Shown here: in pieces, positions 28,201-36,626 of the stretch
How positions within the stretch are numbered: the first letter of the stretch is position 1
Layout: every line of letters starts with the position of its first letter
Source of the DNA: Candidatus Iainarchaeum sp.
Lineage (GTDB): Archaea > Iainarchaeota > Iainarchaeia > Iainarchaeales > GCA-2688035
NCBI GenBank assembly: GCA_028713935.1
Contig: JAQTNI010000001.1
Span: forward strand, 1,464-65,463
Direction of reading: 5' to 3'
Length of the DNA: 64,000 nt
Translations under genes and position numbers: made by a program
Notes under the pieces: model-generated
Told to the model about the DNA's origin: nothing
Database searches by the model: none
The model's input: only the letters and a program-made list of their open reading frames with translations

Positions 28201-28657
28201 GGAAATGGGCACTTTGGAATCAAGAATCCTGCTTTTGCTTTCCGAAAAAAAATCCTCTTTTGAAGACCTTCAAAACAGGCTTGGAGAAGAAGAAAAAAGC
28301 ATTGAAAAGGCAATTGATTCGCTTATGGAAGCAAATGCAATTGCGCTTGAACAGTCAAAAGAAAAAGACTGGTTTTTTTTGAAAACAAAAATTGATTTGC
28401 CAAAAAGCCCCTTGCATTCCCTGCTTACAAGCGTGAAAAAACTGCCAGTGGAAGAAATTTCCGCTTCCAATCTTGAAAAGCCGCAGTTTGACAAAACAAA
28501 ATTCCAGGAGGTTTTTTCAAAAATCTGGGGAAAAGTCCAGATAAAAAGCATTTCAGAAGTTTTTTTGCCAAGATATGAGGCAATTATCAGGAAACAGGAC
28601 AATTCAATAAGGGCAATTTCAGTTGACGCCTACTCAGGAAAAGAAATTGCGGACTAA
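25265..28657 (+). CDS. HerA/FtsK-superfamily ATPase (DUF87-like) with an acidic Lys/Glu-rich N-terminal extension, an intein in the P-loop and a ~370-aa C-terminal extension
   Basis: Walker A is GARGSGK[intein]SYLLG. Walker B LFIDEAHTLIP. HerA-type ATQQPSAIDTHVLSQLDIIVAHKL. Confidence 0.7.
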   Translation: MFVLADKKGSSEAGEEIFSDVFGVDEDEKRARERLAKETAEKEAKQKASKGEKEEKELPSEKEEPEIVALKKTQKKPAQKIPVEAKATVTDSPEQKELKQKIKKVILAKAAKAAEKDSAKIFDKEIDIKEKGVKEKEKEEEPEPEEENEKEDSKEIVPKFALNFLQDSEGSVFIGRKTSVFQEYGNEAGLYIGNIAEPSFEGKKVLLDGLNPHVVFVCGARGSGKCLTGDTLIALEDGTVKPIRELEHDNQKVLSMDSEMKIVATQKSGFFKRRVNKILEVNLKSGKKIRLTPEHPLFTMQGWKPAQELREGSRIAAVNKQVGLGFSSSRQESVCYSAARAKLMQINLLNKDELVQNASSNIFWDEITEKTELSGEFEVFDISVPTHHNFVANDIIVHNSYLLGVLAEELALKNPNVGLIVIDPVGVFWGMRHPNKEEKELEALAKTGLLPNGLNNLKVFIPKGMKDKVPKNTFDAAFSMPASLLTAEDWCLTFGIDRFSPSGLLLEKVLHKTKHGYKTKEGKYVKSEDVFDLEDIIECLHNDNEINSAELGYKADSIRALASRFDAAKAWGVFDERGTPLIEISKENQLTIIDTSFLDDNVSALIIGILARRILAARKLSTRREAASKFKDDSVENLMELGIPPTWLFIDEAHTLIPSGNMKTPASSALVEYVKQGRQPGCSLVFATQQPSAIDTHVLSQLDIIVAHKLVFDDDIKAVYKRTPTIIPKQYKNSNFIKTLPVGMGIVGDRREETSRAFVMKIRPRMSQHEGREAVTSERSSQVFDKSKVLALAIGMAYAQIERKPTEASYISQIVQTLNTKYKSTLQLSDVLDALEKKGVGINPKTSVLSIPDEEAEHEVVEEEVRETEEEVQKEVKSVSPEESISLMAFPANLQEESARRLFDRLRKKKTLGLFGKEELIEKISLKYLPIFHVTFNVFNEKGSFNIAEAYVDSHSGEFLNFDFEQKQFVESHGLSLLSEMGTLESRILLLLSEKKSSFEDLQNRLGEEEKSIEKAIDSLMEANAIALEQSKEKDWFFLKTKIDLPKSPLHSLLTSVKKLPVEEISASNLEKPQFDKTKFQEVFSKIWGKVQIKSISEVFLPRYEAIIRKQDNSIRAISVDAYSGKEIAD
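25940..26461 (+). mobile_element. Mini-intein (174 aa, no homing-endonuclease domain) inserted after the Walker A lysine
   Basis: Starts Cys-LTGDTLIALEDG (Hint block A), ends ...NDIIVHN followed by Ser +1. Removing it restores GxxxxGKS. Confidence 0.8.
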
Positions 28658-28667
28658 AAAATTTTTT

Positions 28668-29543
28668 TTACCAAACTTTGTAATCCCAATATTTTCCTTT
28701 TTTTGGAGACCTGACAGTTGCAATGTTTTTTTTGTCCAACAAGTCTATGCTGATTATTTTTGGTGCTTTTGCCATTAACGGCCTGCCCAACACAAGATTC
28801 ACTGTTTCATGTGCCTGAAGAGTTGCCGTAATATATGCCCTTTCAGGAGTTATTGCCCAGGTTTGCCTTTCTCCAGACAAATAAAATTTTCCCCACTCTT
28901 TATCGGCACCATGGGTTATTGCATATTTTACTCTTTTGCCCCTTAATTTGTGGTGCAATTTGCCTAATTCTTCGCTTGGAATATCCAAATCAAGGCTTTT
29001 TGTAGGAAGATTGAACATTGTTTCATAATCAATGCCTTTTGGCAGCACAGTTGAAACAAAAGCCCTGTAAGGCGGCCCTCCGGACATTGTAACCACAGGA
29101 ATTCCTAATTTTCTTGCAACCCTGTGGATTATAACCCTTGAATACATGTTGTCTATTCCCTGGACTATAACATTGATTCCTTTGAAAGCACTTTCTGCAT
29201 TTTTTGTGTTTACCATTTCATTCATTACCTCTATTTTTACAGTCTTTGCAGTTGCATCATTCAAAAACTCGAGCATATTTTTTGTTTTCGGCCTGCCTAA
29301 TTTTGAATATACTGCAAAAGAATTTCTGTTGAGATTAGAAAGCTCTAAGTTATCCTGGTCAATTATTCTGATTAGGCCAAAACCAATTCTTGCAAGAACT
29401 GCTGCAGCAAGTTCCCCAACGCATCCTTGTCCTGCAACACAAATTTTTGCTTTCCTGATTTTTTCCTGTTCTGTTTTTTTGTAGATTCCAAAGTTTCTGT
29501 CTCTAATGAGGTAATAAAGCTCTAATTTGTCTTGGCCAGACAA
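28668..29543 (-). CDS. ThiF/MoeB/E1-like adenylyltransferase family protein
   Basis: KICVAGQGCVGELAAAVLARIGFGLIRIIDQD dinucleotide-binding motif of E1-like enzymes. Confidence 0.7.
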   Translation of the reverse strand: MSGQDKLELYYLIRDRNFGIYKKTEQEKIRKAKICVAGQGCVGELAAAVLARIGFGLIRIIDQDNLELSNLNRNSFAVYSKLGRPKTKNMLEFLNDATAKTVKIEVMNEMVNTKNAESAFKGINVIVQGIDNMYSRVIIHRVARKLGIPVVTMSGGPPYRAFVSTVLPKGIDYETMFNLPTKSLDLDIPSEELGKLHHKLRGKRVKYAITHGADKEWGKFYLSGERQTWAITPERAYITATLQAHETVNLVLGRPLMAKAPKIISIDLLDKKNIATVRSPKKGKYWDYKVW

Positions 29544-29641
29544 ATTTTCTAATTGCTCACAAGAAAGATTACTGAAAGCGTTTTCTCTTTCTTTTAGCGT
29601 TTTCGGATTATTAAATGCCGGAATTTTCTCACCCTATCAGG

Positions 29642-31345
29642 TTAGCAGCCCCTATTTTCGCAAATCGCTTTCAAAACTTTTTCAATTTTTTTTGGGTCAT
29701 GCCTTAACAATTCCTGTTTTGAAGATTTTGTTTTTTTCTGCGCAGAAGCAATAAGGTCTGTGCCAATTAATTTTGCCTTTATTCCCTGCAGGCAAGGCAA
29801 ATCGTTTTCCATGAAAAAAGACTGTTCCAAGGCATACCTGCGCAGAGTTTCCTTGTTAGGCTTTTTTGTGTTATACACTATAAAATCAAGGCAATTTTTT
29901 CCCAGATACTTTTCTATTTCCCTAACCTGCCTTGAAAGGCAATAGCCATGGGTCTGGTTTACCTGTGTCATTACATTTGCAATGAAAACTTTTTTTGCCT
30001 TGCTTTTTTTTATGGCGGAAGCCATTCCTTTTACAAGCAAATTTGTTATCACGCTTGTAAACAGGCTTCCTGGCCCAATAATAATCAAATCAGCATCCAG
30101 AATTTCTTTTTTTGCTTCCGGAAGAATTGTTGCCTTGTTTGGCTTTAAAAAAACTTTTTTTATTGGGGCTCTTTTTGCAACCTGTTCCGGCTTTAAGTTT
30201 CTCTGGATAATGCTGTCTTCGCCGCAAAGCACTGTTCCATTTGCAAGCAGTGCATGGACATGCACATCCTGCAATGTTGAAGGCAAAACCTTGCCTCTTA
30301 TTGCAAGAATCTGGGATGCCTGCTTTATTGCCTGTTCAAAAGAACCGGTTGTTTTTGCAAGCGCTGCAATGAACAAATTTCCAAAAGAATGGTCAGCCAG
30401 GACTCCTTTTTCAAACCTGTACCTGAACAAATCCTTCAAAAGTTTTTCCGAACTGCTTAGCGCAACAAGGCAATTTCTTATGTCCCCTGGAGGCAGGATA
30501 TTCAAATCTTTTCTTAACACTCCTGAGCTTCTTCCACAGTCAGTCACTGTCACAATTGCAGTTACATGCGGAGTGAATTCTTTTACTGCAGTCAAAACCA
30601 TTGGAAGGCCTGTTCCGCCTCCAATTGCAACAATTTTTGGCTTGTGATTTTTTCCCTCTTCGACTTTTTTGATTATTGCGGGAATTTCTGACAATTTTTT
30701 TATTTTAAAATCAGGCTCTTCCATGAGGTTTTTTGGCAAAATTTTTTGGTATCTGCCGTGAAGAAACTGTATTGTTGTCATTCCAAGCTTGTTTCCAACC
30801 CTTATTTCGCTGTGAATCCTGTCCCCAATTGAAATTGCCTCTTCCGGCTTCAATGAAAATTGTTTTAGCACCTGTTCAAACAAGGCGTCTTTGGAGCCTT
30901 CTTTTTCAATGTCATGAATCAGGATTAAATCCATGTATTTTTCAAGCCCAAGCAATTGTATTTTTTTCATCTGCCTGCTGTAAAGCCCGCTTGAAACAAT
31001 TACAAGCCGTATTTTCTGGGCTTTGAGCTTTTCAAACAAGGGCACTGCTTCCCTGAAAAGCGAAATTTGTTCCACTTCATCGGAATTGTATGCATGCAAA
31101 GCAGAATTCACACAGTCCTGCTGGCTCTGCAATGAAAATGCATTGCACACATTTCCAAAAACATCTGCTTTCGGCCCCAACCTGCCTTCTGTTTCAACTA
31201 TTTGCCCGTAAATTTCCTCTTTGGGTTTTTCAATGAATTTTGCCATTGCGGCTGCAGCCCTCTGCCTTGCAGCCTCAACCAGCTGGCCAGTGCAGTCAAA
31301 AAGAGTATCATCCAAATCAAAAATAATTGCCTTTATCTTTGCCAA
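29642..31345 (-). CDS. Fusion protein: HAD-family hydrolase (N-term) with CofD/YvcK (UPF0052) domain (C-term)
   Basis: IIFDLDDTLFD HAD motif I. C-terminal half IVAIGGGTGLPMVLTAV...VTVTDCGRSSG is typical of CofD/YvcK. Confidence 0.7.
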   Translation of the reverse strand: MAKIKAIIFDLDDTLFDCTGQLVEAARQRAAAAMAKFIEKPKEEIYGQIVETEGRLGPKADVFGNVCNAFSLQSQQDCVNSALHAYNSDEVEQISLFREAVPLFEKLKAQKIRLVIVSSGLYSRQMKKIQLLGLEKYMDLILIHDIEKEGSKDALFEQVLKQFSLKPEEAISIGDRIHSEIRVGNKLGMTTIQFLHGRYQKILPKNLMEEPDFKIKKLSEIPAIIKKVEEGKNHKPKIVAIGGGTGLPMVLTAVKEFTPHVTAIVTVTDCGRSSGVLRKDLNILPPGDIRNCLVALSSSEKLLKDLFRYRFEKGVLADHSFGNLFIAALAKTTGSFEQAIKQASQILAIRGKVLPSTLQDVHVHALLANGTVLCGEDSIIQRNLKPEQVAKRAPIKKVFLKPNKATILPEAKKEILDADLIIIGPGSLFTSVITNLLVKGMASAIKKSKAKKVFIANVMTQVNQTHGYCLSRQVREIEKYLGKNCLDFIVYNTKKPNKETLRRYALEQSFFMENDLPCLQGIKAKLIGTDLIASAQKKTKSSKQELLRHDPKKIEKVLKAICENRGC

Positions 31346-31431
31346 TGCTGTTCACCAATAGAAATTTTCACTTTGAAACAATTGAATAGGGTATTTATTA
31401 AACGGTTTTTGGTTCAAAGCTGAAATTGCAG

Positions 31432-32454
31432 TTATTGCTTTTTTTTATAAATTTTCCAGGCTTCAGGAAGCCAGTGAGTTGTTTTTTTTGTTTTTATAAT
31501 CCTGTCAGCTTCTTCCAAAGAAAAAAATTTGCCGCTTGTTGCCTCGCTTTTGTCCAAAACAATTTTTCCATCATGAAAAATTTTAAAAACAGCAACAACC
31601 AAGTGTTCGGGATTTTTGTCCATGACAAATTTTCCCAAGTATTTTGGCTTGCCTTTGATTTTTGTTTCTTCAAACAGCTCTGCTTTTGCGGCTTCCGCAT
31701 AAGTCTGCCCGTATTTAACGTGAAAACTGCATGCACAGTCAACACAACCCGGAAAAATCTTTTTTTCAGGGCTTCTTTTAGTGAGAAACACTTCTTTTTT
31801 GGAATTGAGAACAAAAACAACTCCTGCCCTGTGAAGCAAGCCTTTTTGATGCGCTTCCTCACGGGGGATTTTTCCCAGAACCTTATCCTTTTTGTCCACA
31901 AAATATGAATATTCAATTGGATTTTGTTTTTCTAAAAGTTTTTTGTAAATTCTTTTTGCTTTTTCAGCTGCTTCGGGAAGCATGAATTTTGATTTTAAAT
32001 CCAGTTCCAGTTTTGCAAGAGCATTTTCCCTGCCAACCAGTTTGCATATGAATTCAAAGCCAGTAAAATGAGCCAGTTTGTCCGCAGAAGCAACTATTTT
32101 TGCTTCAATTGTTTTCGGCTCCGGCGGCTTGCTTGTCCTGTGCGCTTCAATGCAATGCAAAACCCTTGCAATTTTGCCTTTTGTAAAACCTATTGACGGC
32201 AAAAATTCTTCTGCAATTTTTTTTCCAACAAGGTGATGGTCTTCATTTGCTTTTTTTGCTTTTTCAGCTCCTTTCCAATCTGCCTTCTGGCCAACATCAT
32301 GCAGCCAAGCAGCAGCTTCAACAATCTGCCTGTCGGCTTTTGGATAAAAACTGCAGAGCCATTTTGCTTCTTTCACAACAAGCATTGTATGCCCGTCAAC
32401 AGCACTCTCTTCCAGCTTTGACCTTGCAAAAGATTCGATTTTATCTTTCAACAT
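31432..32454 (-). CDS. Fusion protein: HD-domain phosphohydrolase (N-term) with Nudix hydrolase (C-term)
   Basis: H...HDVG HD motif. Nudix box GQTYAEAAKAELFEETKIKG. Confidence 0.7.
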   Translation of the reverse strand: MLKDKIESFARSKLEESAVDGHTMLVVKEAKWLCSFYPKADRQIVEAAAWLHDVGQKADWKGAEKAKKANEDHHLVGKKIAEEFLPSIGFTKGKIARVLHCIEAHRTSKPPEPKTIEAKIVASADKLAHFTGFEFICKLVGRENALAKLELDLKSKFMLPEAAEKAKRIYKKLLEKQNPIEYSYFVDKKDKVLGKIPREEAHQKGLLHRAGVVFVLNSKKEVFLTKRSPEKKIFPGCVDCACSFHVKYGQTYAEAAKAELFEETKIKGKPKYLGKFVMDKNPEHLVVAVFKIFHDGKIVLDKSEATSGKFFSLEEADRIIKTKKTTHWLPEAWKIYKKKQ

Positions 32455-32475
32455 ACAATCAATTCTTTTCTTATT

Positions 32476-33510
32476 TTATTCCATGCTTTGCAAAAGCCCC
32501 ACTCTTCCCAGTTCCAAAAAATATTCGTTTTCAGGGTTATTGATTCCTTTTTTGCATTTTGTGTAGGTCGCAAGAATAACATAGATTGCGTGCCCGAGTT
32601 TTATGTAAGTTGGCAATGCTTCAAGTTCTTTCTGTGTTAGCGGAATAATTTTTTGGTATTCTTCCAAAACGATTTCAATGTTTTTTTCAGTTTTGCTTTT
32701 GCTTTCCTGCTCAAAAAGCACAGTGCAAGCCATTACCGCAAGCTCCTGTATTCTTGGATAATAATTTGCACATGCAAAATCAATAAGCCACAATTTTCCG
32801 TTTTTATCCTTCATTATGTTTGTTTTTGTCAAATCGCCATGAACAAAACAATGGGGCAATTTGTTTATTTCAAGTGCTTTTAAATCTTTCACCAATGGAA
32901 GAATTTTTTTCAGGTCTTCAGAATCCAGAAATTTTTTTGCTATTCGGAATTCCTTCAAAAAACTTGTTATTGCCCAATGGTCATAAACAAACTTTGGCTT
33001 TATTTTCATGCTGTTTATTATTGCGGCCTGCTTTGCCAAAAACCTTATTTCCAAATCGGCCAGTTTTTCTTTTGATTCAAACAAAGTTTTGCCTTCAATA
33101 AAATCCATTGCAACAAGCCGCAATTTTTTTCCCCTGACATTTAAAATCTGCAAATGCCTGTTTTTTGCCTCCAATAATTTTGGAGTGACCACATTGCTTT
33201 CCAAGGCCTTTTCCATGATTTTGACATATCTCTTGCATTCTTGGAGCGTTCTAAAATCAGCAAAGACTTTGACAAAAAAATTCCCTTTTTTTGTTTGCAG
33301 GGCAAAATTAAAATCTTCATAGCCAATTGCAACAAGCCTGTTTGAAACAAAAGCGCCAAGCCCAAAGCATTTGCAAACAGCTTCAGAAATATCTTCCAAT
33401 CTGCCTTTGAAGCCAATCCTTTTTTTGAATAAATCCCCCTCAGCCAAGCCAATCACTTTTTTTATTAGCAATCTGTTTACCAAAGATTCAAGTTCTTTTT
33501 CTTTGGGCAA
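32476..33510 (-). CDS. Aminoglycoside/choline-kinase-like phosphotransferase (APH family); start uncertain
   Basis: HGDLTKTNIMKDKNGKLWLIDF catalytic loop. The annotated TTG start lies inside a tRNA-associated repeat module. Confidence 0.6.
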   Translation of the reverse strand: MPKEKELESLVNRLLIKKVIGLAEGDLFKKRIGFKGRLEDISEAVCKCFGLGAFVSNRLVAIGYEDFNFALQTKKGNFFVKVFADFRTLQECKRYVKIMEKALESNVVTPKLLEAKNRHLQILNVRGKKLRLVAMDFIEGKTLFESKEKLADLEIRFLAKQAAIINSMKIKPKFVYDHWAITSFLKEFRIAKKFLDSEDLKKILPLVKDLKALEINKLPHCFVHGDLTKTNIMKDKNGKLWLIDFACANYYPRIQELAVMACTVLFEQESKSKTEKNIEIVLEEYQKIIPLTQKELEALPTYIKLGHAIYVILATYTKCKKGINNPENEYFLELGRVGLLQSME

Positions 33511-33550
33511 CTTACACTTTCTTTTTCTTTCAAAGAAAAAGGAAGGGCAG

Positions 33551-33711
33551 TGCGTCCGCCGGGATTCGAACCCGGGTTACGAGCTCTTTCCTGCTTCAAT
33601 TTTGTTTATTATTTGTTGAAGTTCTTTCTTTTGGGCAACTTACACTTTTCTTTCTTTCAAGAAAGAAAAGGGCAGTGGGAAGCTCGAATCCTACCGCTAG
33701 ATTACAGACGC
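33551..33711 (-). tRNA. tRNA-Gly (anticodon CCC) with a ~90-nt intron
   Basis: Acceptor GCGTCTG/CGGACGC (one G-U pair), D-loop AGCGGTAGG, anticodon stem CGAGC/GCTCG, loop TTCCCAC, T-arm CCGGG-TTCGAAT-CCCGG. Intron is roughly 33585-33674. Confidence 0.75.
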
Positions 33712-34551
33712 GTTTTCTTTTTTTTCTGTTGTGCCTGTTTCTGTTTGCTGTAATTGTGCTGATGGCGCTATTAAGTATGCCTGTTGGTTTTCTATTTTTA
33801 TTTGCATTCCTGGCAGGTAGATTTTTACTAGGTTTTTTTCTGTGGGAGGAAATTTTTCCGCCAGTGCGAGCAATTGCAGTGTTTGTTTTTTTTCTATTAC
33901 AAGGTTGTTTTGCTCTGTTTTTGCCTGCAGAGATTCTTTTATTTGGTTTGCAAAGTTTGGGTTTGTGCATTCAATGCGGATTTGTTGCAGTTCTTGTTTT
34001 TCAATTATTGCAAAAATTGTGGGAATTGTTTCCTGTGAAAGAGAAATTTTTTTGAAGTCATTAAAATTCAGTTCTTTTAGTGCTGTTATCTGGTGCAAGA
34101 GCACGTCTGAAAGGTATTTTAGTTGTTGTGCCCGTTTGTCTGTTTTTTCCTTTAGTTCAAGCAAATCGGAAATGTAAAAATTGCTGCTTGTTTTTGCTGC
34201 TTTCAGCAAATCGTTGTCTGCTTTGCTTCTTTCAATGAGGGTTTGCAGCATTTTTACTATTGTTTCAACCTCTTCAACAGGGTTTTTTGATGCCATGCTT
34301 TCATTTAGCCTTGTCAATAGCTTGTTTTTCATTTCAGAATTGATTTCAACAAGGCCCTTGTCTGTTACAAAAATCTTGTTTGCCTGCCTCTGCACAACGC
34401 CAATTGCAGCCAAATCTTTCAAAGTCCTACTTAAAGCAGCGCGAGCAGAATTAATGCTGCCATATTCAGAAGTGATTCTGTTAAGCAGCTCGTTGTAATC
34501 AATTCCGGGATTCTGCTTAAGAATTAACAAAAAATTGTTTCTCTGGGTCAC
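33697..34551 (-). CDS. Winged-helix DNA-binding protein with a long helical C-terminal region
   Basis: N-terminal wHTH-like segment. Its stop overlaps the first ~15 nt of tRNA-Gly. Confidence 0.45.
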   Translation of the reverse strand: MTQRNNFLLILKQNPGIDYNELLNRITSEYGSINSARAALSRTLKDLAAIGVVQRQANKIFVTDKGLVEINSEMKNKLLTRLNESMASKNPVEEVETIVKMLQTLIERSKADNDLLKAAKTSSNFYISDLLELKEKTDKRAQQLKYLSDVLLHQITALKELNFNDFKKISLSQETIPTIFAIIEKQELQQIRIECTNPNFANQIKESLQAKTEQNNLVIEKKQTLQLLALAEKFPPTEKNLVKIYLPGMQIKIENQQAYLIAPSAQLQQTETGTTEKKENASVI

Positions 34552-34574
34552 GTTAAAAACAATTAGTCGAATCC

Positions 34575-34700
34575 TTTAAAATCGTTTCTAATTTTTGTTT
34601 TTTGTTAATTTTTTCCACAATCTTGTTAATGGTTTTTTTAATTTGTTAATTAATTTGTTTTTTCAGGCTTTAATTTGTTAATTAGCATGTTGCATTTTCA
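34575..34700. promoter_or_regulatory. Array of TTGTTAAT(T) direct repeats in the intergenic region
   Basis: At least four copies of TTGTTAAT within ~110 bp, just upstream of the wHTH gene and downstream of rpl44e. Confidence 0.35.
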
Positions 34701-34748
34701 AGAAAAAGTGTTATTATTCGCTTTGAAACTAACAAACAGGTTTGCATT

Positions 34749-35042
34749 TTATGCTGCAGTTGTGCCTTTTCCGACTTCTATTTTTTTCATTCTTTTTGGG
34801 ATTACAAAATAGTGTTTTGCAGAGCAGACACTGCATTCTGCAATGAAACAGGGTTTTTTGTTTTGTTTTTTTACTGTTGCAGTAAACTGGTGTTTTCCCT
34901 TGTAACCGCGTTTTTTTCTTTCATTGGACCTGTTTCCTTTTGCCATTGTCCTTGGCGAACCTGCCCTGAACAATTTGAGCTTATGGTCTGTATGGGTATT
35001 GCATTTTTTGCAATAATCCTTGATTACCTTTGGCATATTCAT
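34749..35042 (-). CDS. rpl44e: 50S ribosomal protein L44e (eL42)
   Basis: YCKKCNTHTDHK ... CSVCSAKH zinc-ribbon pairs and basic composition typical of L44e. Confidence 0.8.
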   Translation of the reverse strand: MNMPKVIKDYCKKCNTHTDHKLKLFRAGSPRTMAKGNRSNERKKRGYKGKHQFTATVKKQNKKPCFIAECSVCSAKHYFVIPKRMKKIEVGKGTTAA

Positions 35043-35181
35043 AAAGCATCACAAAAAATCGGATTTATTCTACAAATTACTAAAAATTATAGGCATGGAA
35101 AGCTTTTAAAAGCACTCTGAAAACACAAAAACACACTATTTCCAAGTAACTCTTTAATTCTGATTTGTCTTTTATTATGCC

Positions 35182-35640
35182 ATGGTTCGGAATGTTAAAA
35201 AATGGGTAAATTATGTTGATAAGTCCCTTGCAAGGCAGCCTAAGCGTGCACTGAGAAGGCAGAGGCAAATAGAAAGGCAAGTTTTTGCCCAAGAAATTTC
35301 TCCAAAGGACTTGAAAAAGGCGCGTGCAGAGTTATCTGCTTCTGTTGCAGAGCAAAGAGTCCTGAGAAAGGATCACAAGCTTTTTAACAAAATAGTTATT
35401 GACACAGCAATAAAAGAGCTTGGTTTTAATCAGACTTTGTCTTCTTCTGCATTAAGAAACCTGCATTTGCTTTCAAACAGGGCCTTGATGATTCCCCTGG
35501 GTTCAACAATAGAAATCCGACCTGAAGTTTTTGGCCAAACATTAACTCAAATAATCAGGTTAATTGGCGACAAACCCCTTGCAATAAAATTTTTGTCTAC
35601 TCTGATTCACTTGCGCGAAGCTTACAATAAAAATCTTTAA
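35182..35640 (+). CDS. Hypothetical protein
   Basis: ORF only. Confidence 0.3.
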   Translation: MVRNVKKWVNYVDKSLARQPKRALRRQRQIERQVFAQEISPKDLKKARAELSASVAEQRVLRKDHKLFNKIVIDTAIKELGFNQTLSSSALRNLHLLSNRALMIPLGSTIEIRPEVFGQTLTQIIRLIGDKPLAIKFLSTLIHLREAYNKNL

Positions 35641-35671
35641 TGCAAAAGCAATTGAGAAAACCATTTGCAAT

Positions 35672-36088
35672 TCAGTTTTGCCCTATTCCACAAAGTTTTT
35701 TCCATTGCTCTTCCACTGTCCTTTCGTTCACATATGGCTTGTGGTGCCTGAATCCGCCTCCAAATCCTGCTGGGATGTGCAGTAATTCGTGAATCAGGGT
35801 TTTTGTTTTGTCATCCTCGCTTAGCCTGTCAAATTTTTCCGAAAGCAGTTCAATCACATAAAAAGGCTCTGTTTTCATTCCAAGCTGCATTGCTTTTCCT
35901 AACCCATGTATGCGTGCAATTGTCCTTCTTGTTTTTGTCCCTGCACTTTTAAGACAGGCAATTCTTTCAGGCGCAATATGGTGAAAACCGAGCTTTTCAA
36001 CAAGTTCCCTTGCCTTCAAAGTCCATTCTTCTGAAAAAGCGTATTTCACAAAAAAAACCTTATAACATTTCAGAAATTTTTTTTCCAA
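35672..36088 (-). CDS. Putative zinc metallopeptidase (HExxH)
   Basis: HELLHIPAGFGGGFRHH motif. Confidence 0.45.
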   Translation of the reverse strand: MEKKFLKCYKVFFVKYAFSEEWTLKARELVEKLGFHHIAPERIACLKSAGTKTRRTIARIHGLGKAMQLGMKTEPFYVIELLSEKFDRLSEDDKTKTLIHELLHIPAGFGGGFRHHKPYVNERTVEEQWKKLCGIGQN

Positions 36089-36560
36089 ATTCCCTTGCTG
36101 CCTGCGGGCCTTTTCCTGTAATTATTTTGCCATCGGTTTCAACAAGCGCTTCAGTTAATTTTGCGCCTTTTGCCTCAATTTTCTCTGCAAGCCCTGTGCA
36201 GGTCGCTTTTTTTCCTTTCAAGAGGCCTGCATTTGCAAGAATCATTGGTGCAATGCAGATTGCTGCAACAATTTTTCCTTCTTTTGAAAATTCTTTTGCC
36301 AATTTCAATGCAGCCGCATCTTTGAAATAAGTTTCTGAGCCTGAGCCTCCGACAAAAATAATTGCATCAAAATCGCCTGTTTTCACCTGCTTTAATTCCA
36401 ATGAAATTTCCGCTTTTCCCCCAAGCATTCCAATTGCAGTGCCTTTTTGCTTTCCTGCAATAACTGTTTCATGCCCTGCCTTTTCCAGCTCTTCTTTTGT
36501 AAAAAACAATTCTTCATCACGGAAATTTTTTTGTGCAATTACCAAAACAATCTTTGCCAT
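36060..36560 (-). CDS. DJ-1/PfpI family protein
   Basis: IVLVIAQKNFRDEE ... AAICIAPMILA, with the nucleophile Cys in the elbow motif. Internal start chosen. Confidence 0.7.
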   Translation of the reverse strand: MAKIVLVIAQKNFRDEELFFTKEELEKAGHETVIAGKQKGTAIGMLGGKAEISLELKQVKTGDFDAIIFVGGSGSETYFKDAAALKLAKEFSKEGKIVAAICIAPMILANAGLLKGKKATCTGLAEKIEAKGAKLTEALVETDGKIITGKGPQAAREFGKKISEML

Positions 36561-36626
36561 AAGCAGTGCCTTTATCCAATTATTTGCAGGGAAAGGTTTT
36601 TTATTCTGAAAGGGCATAATGTTTGC

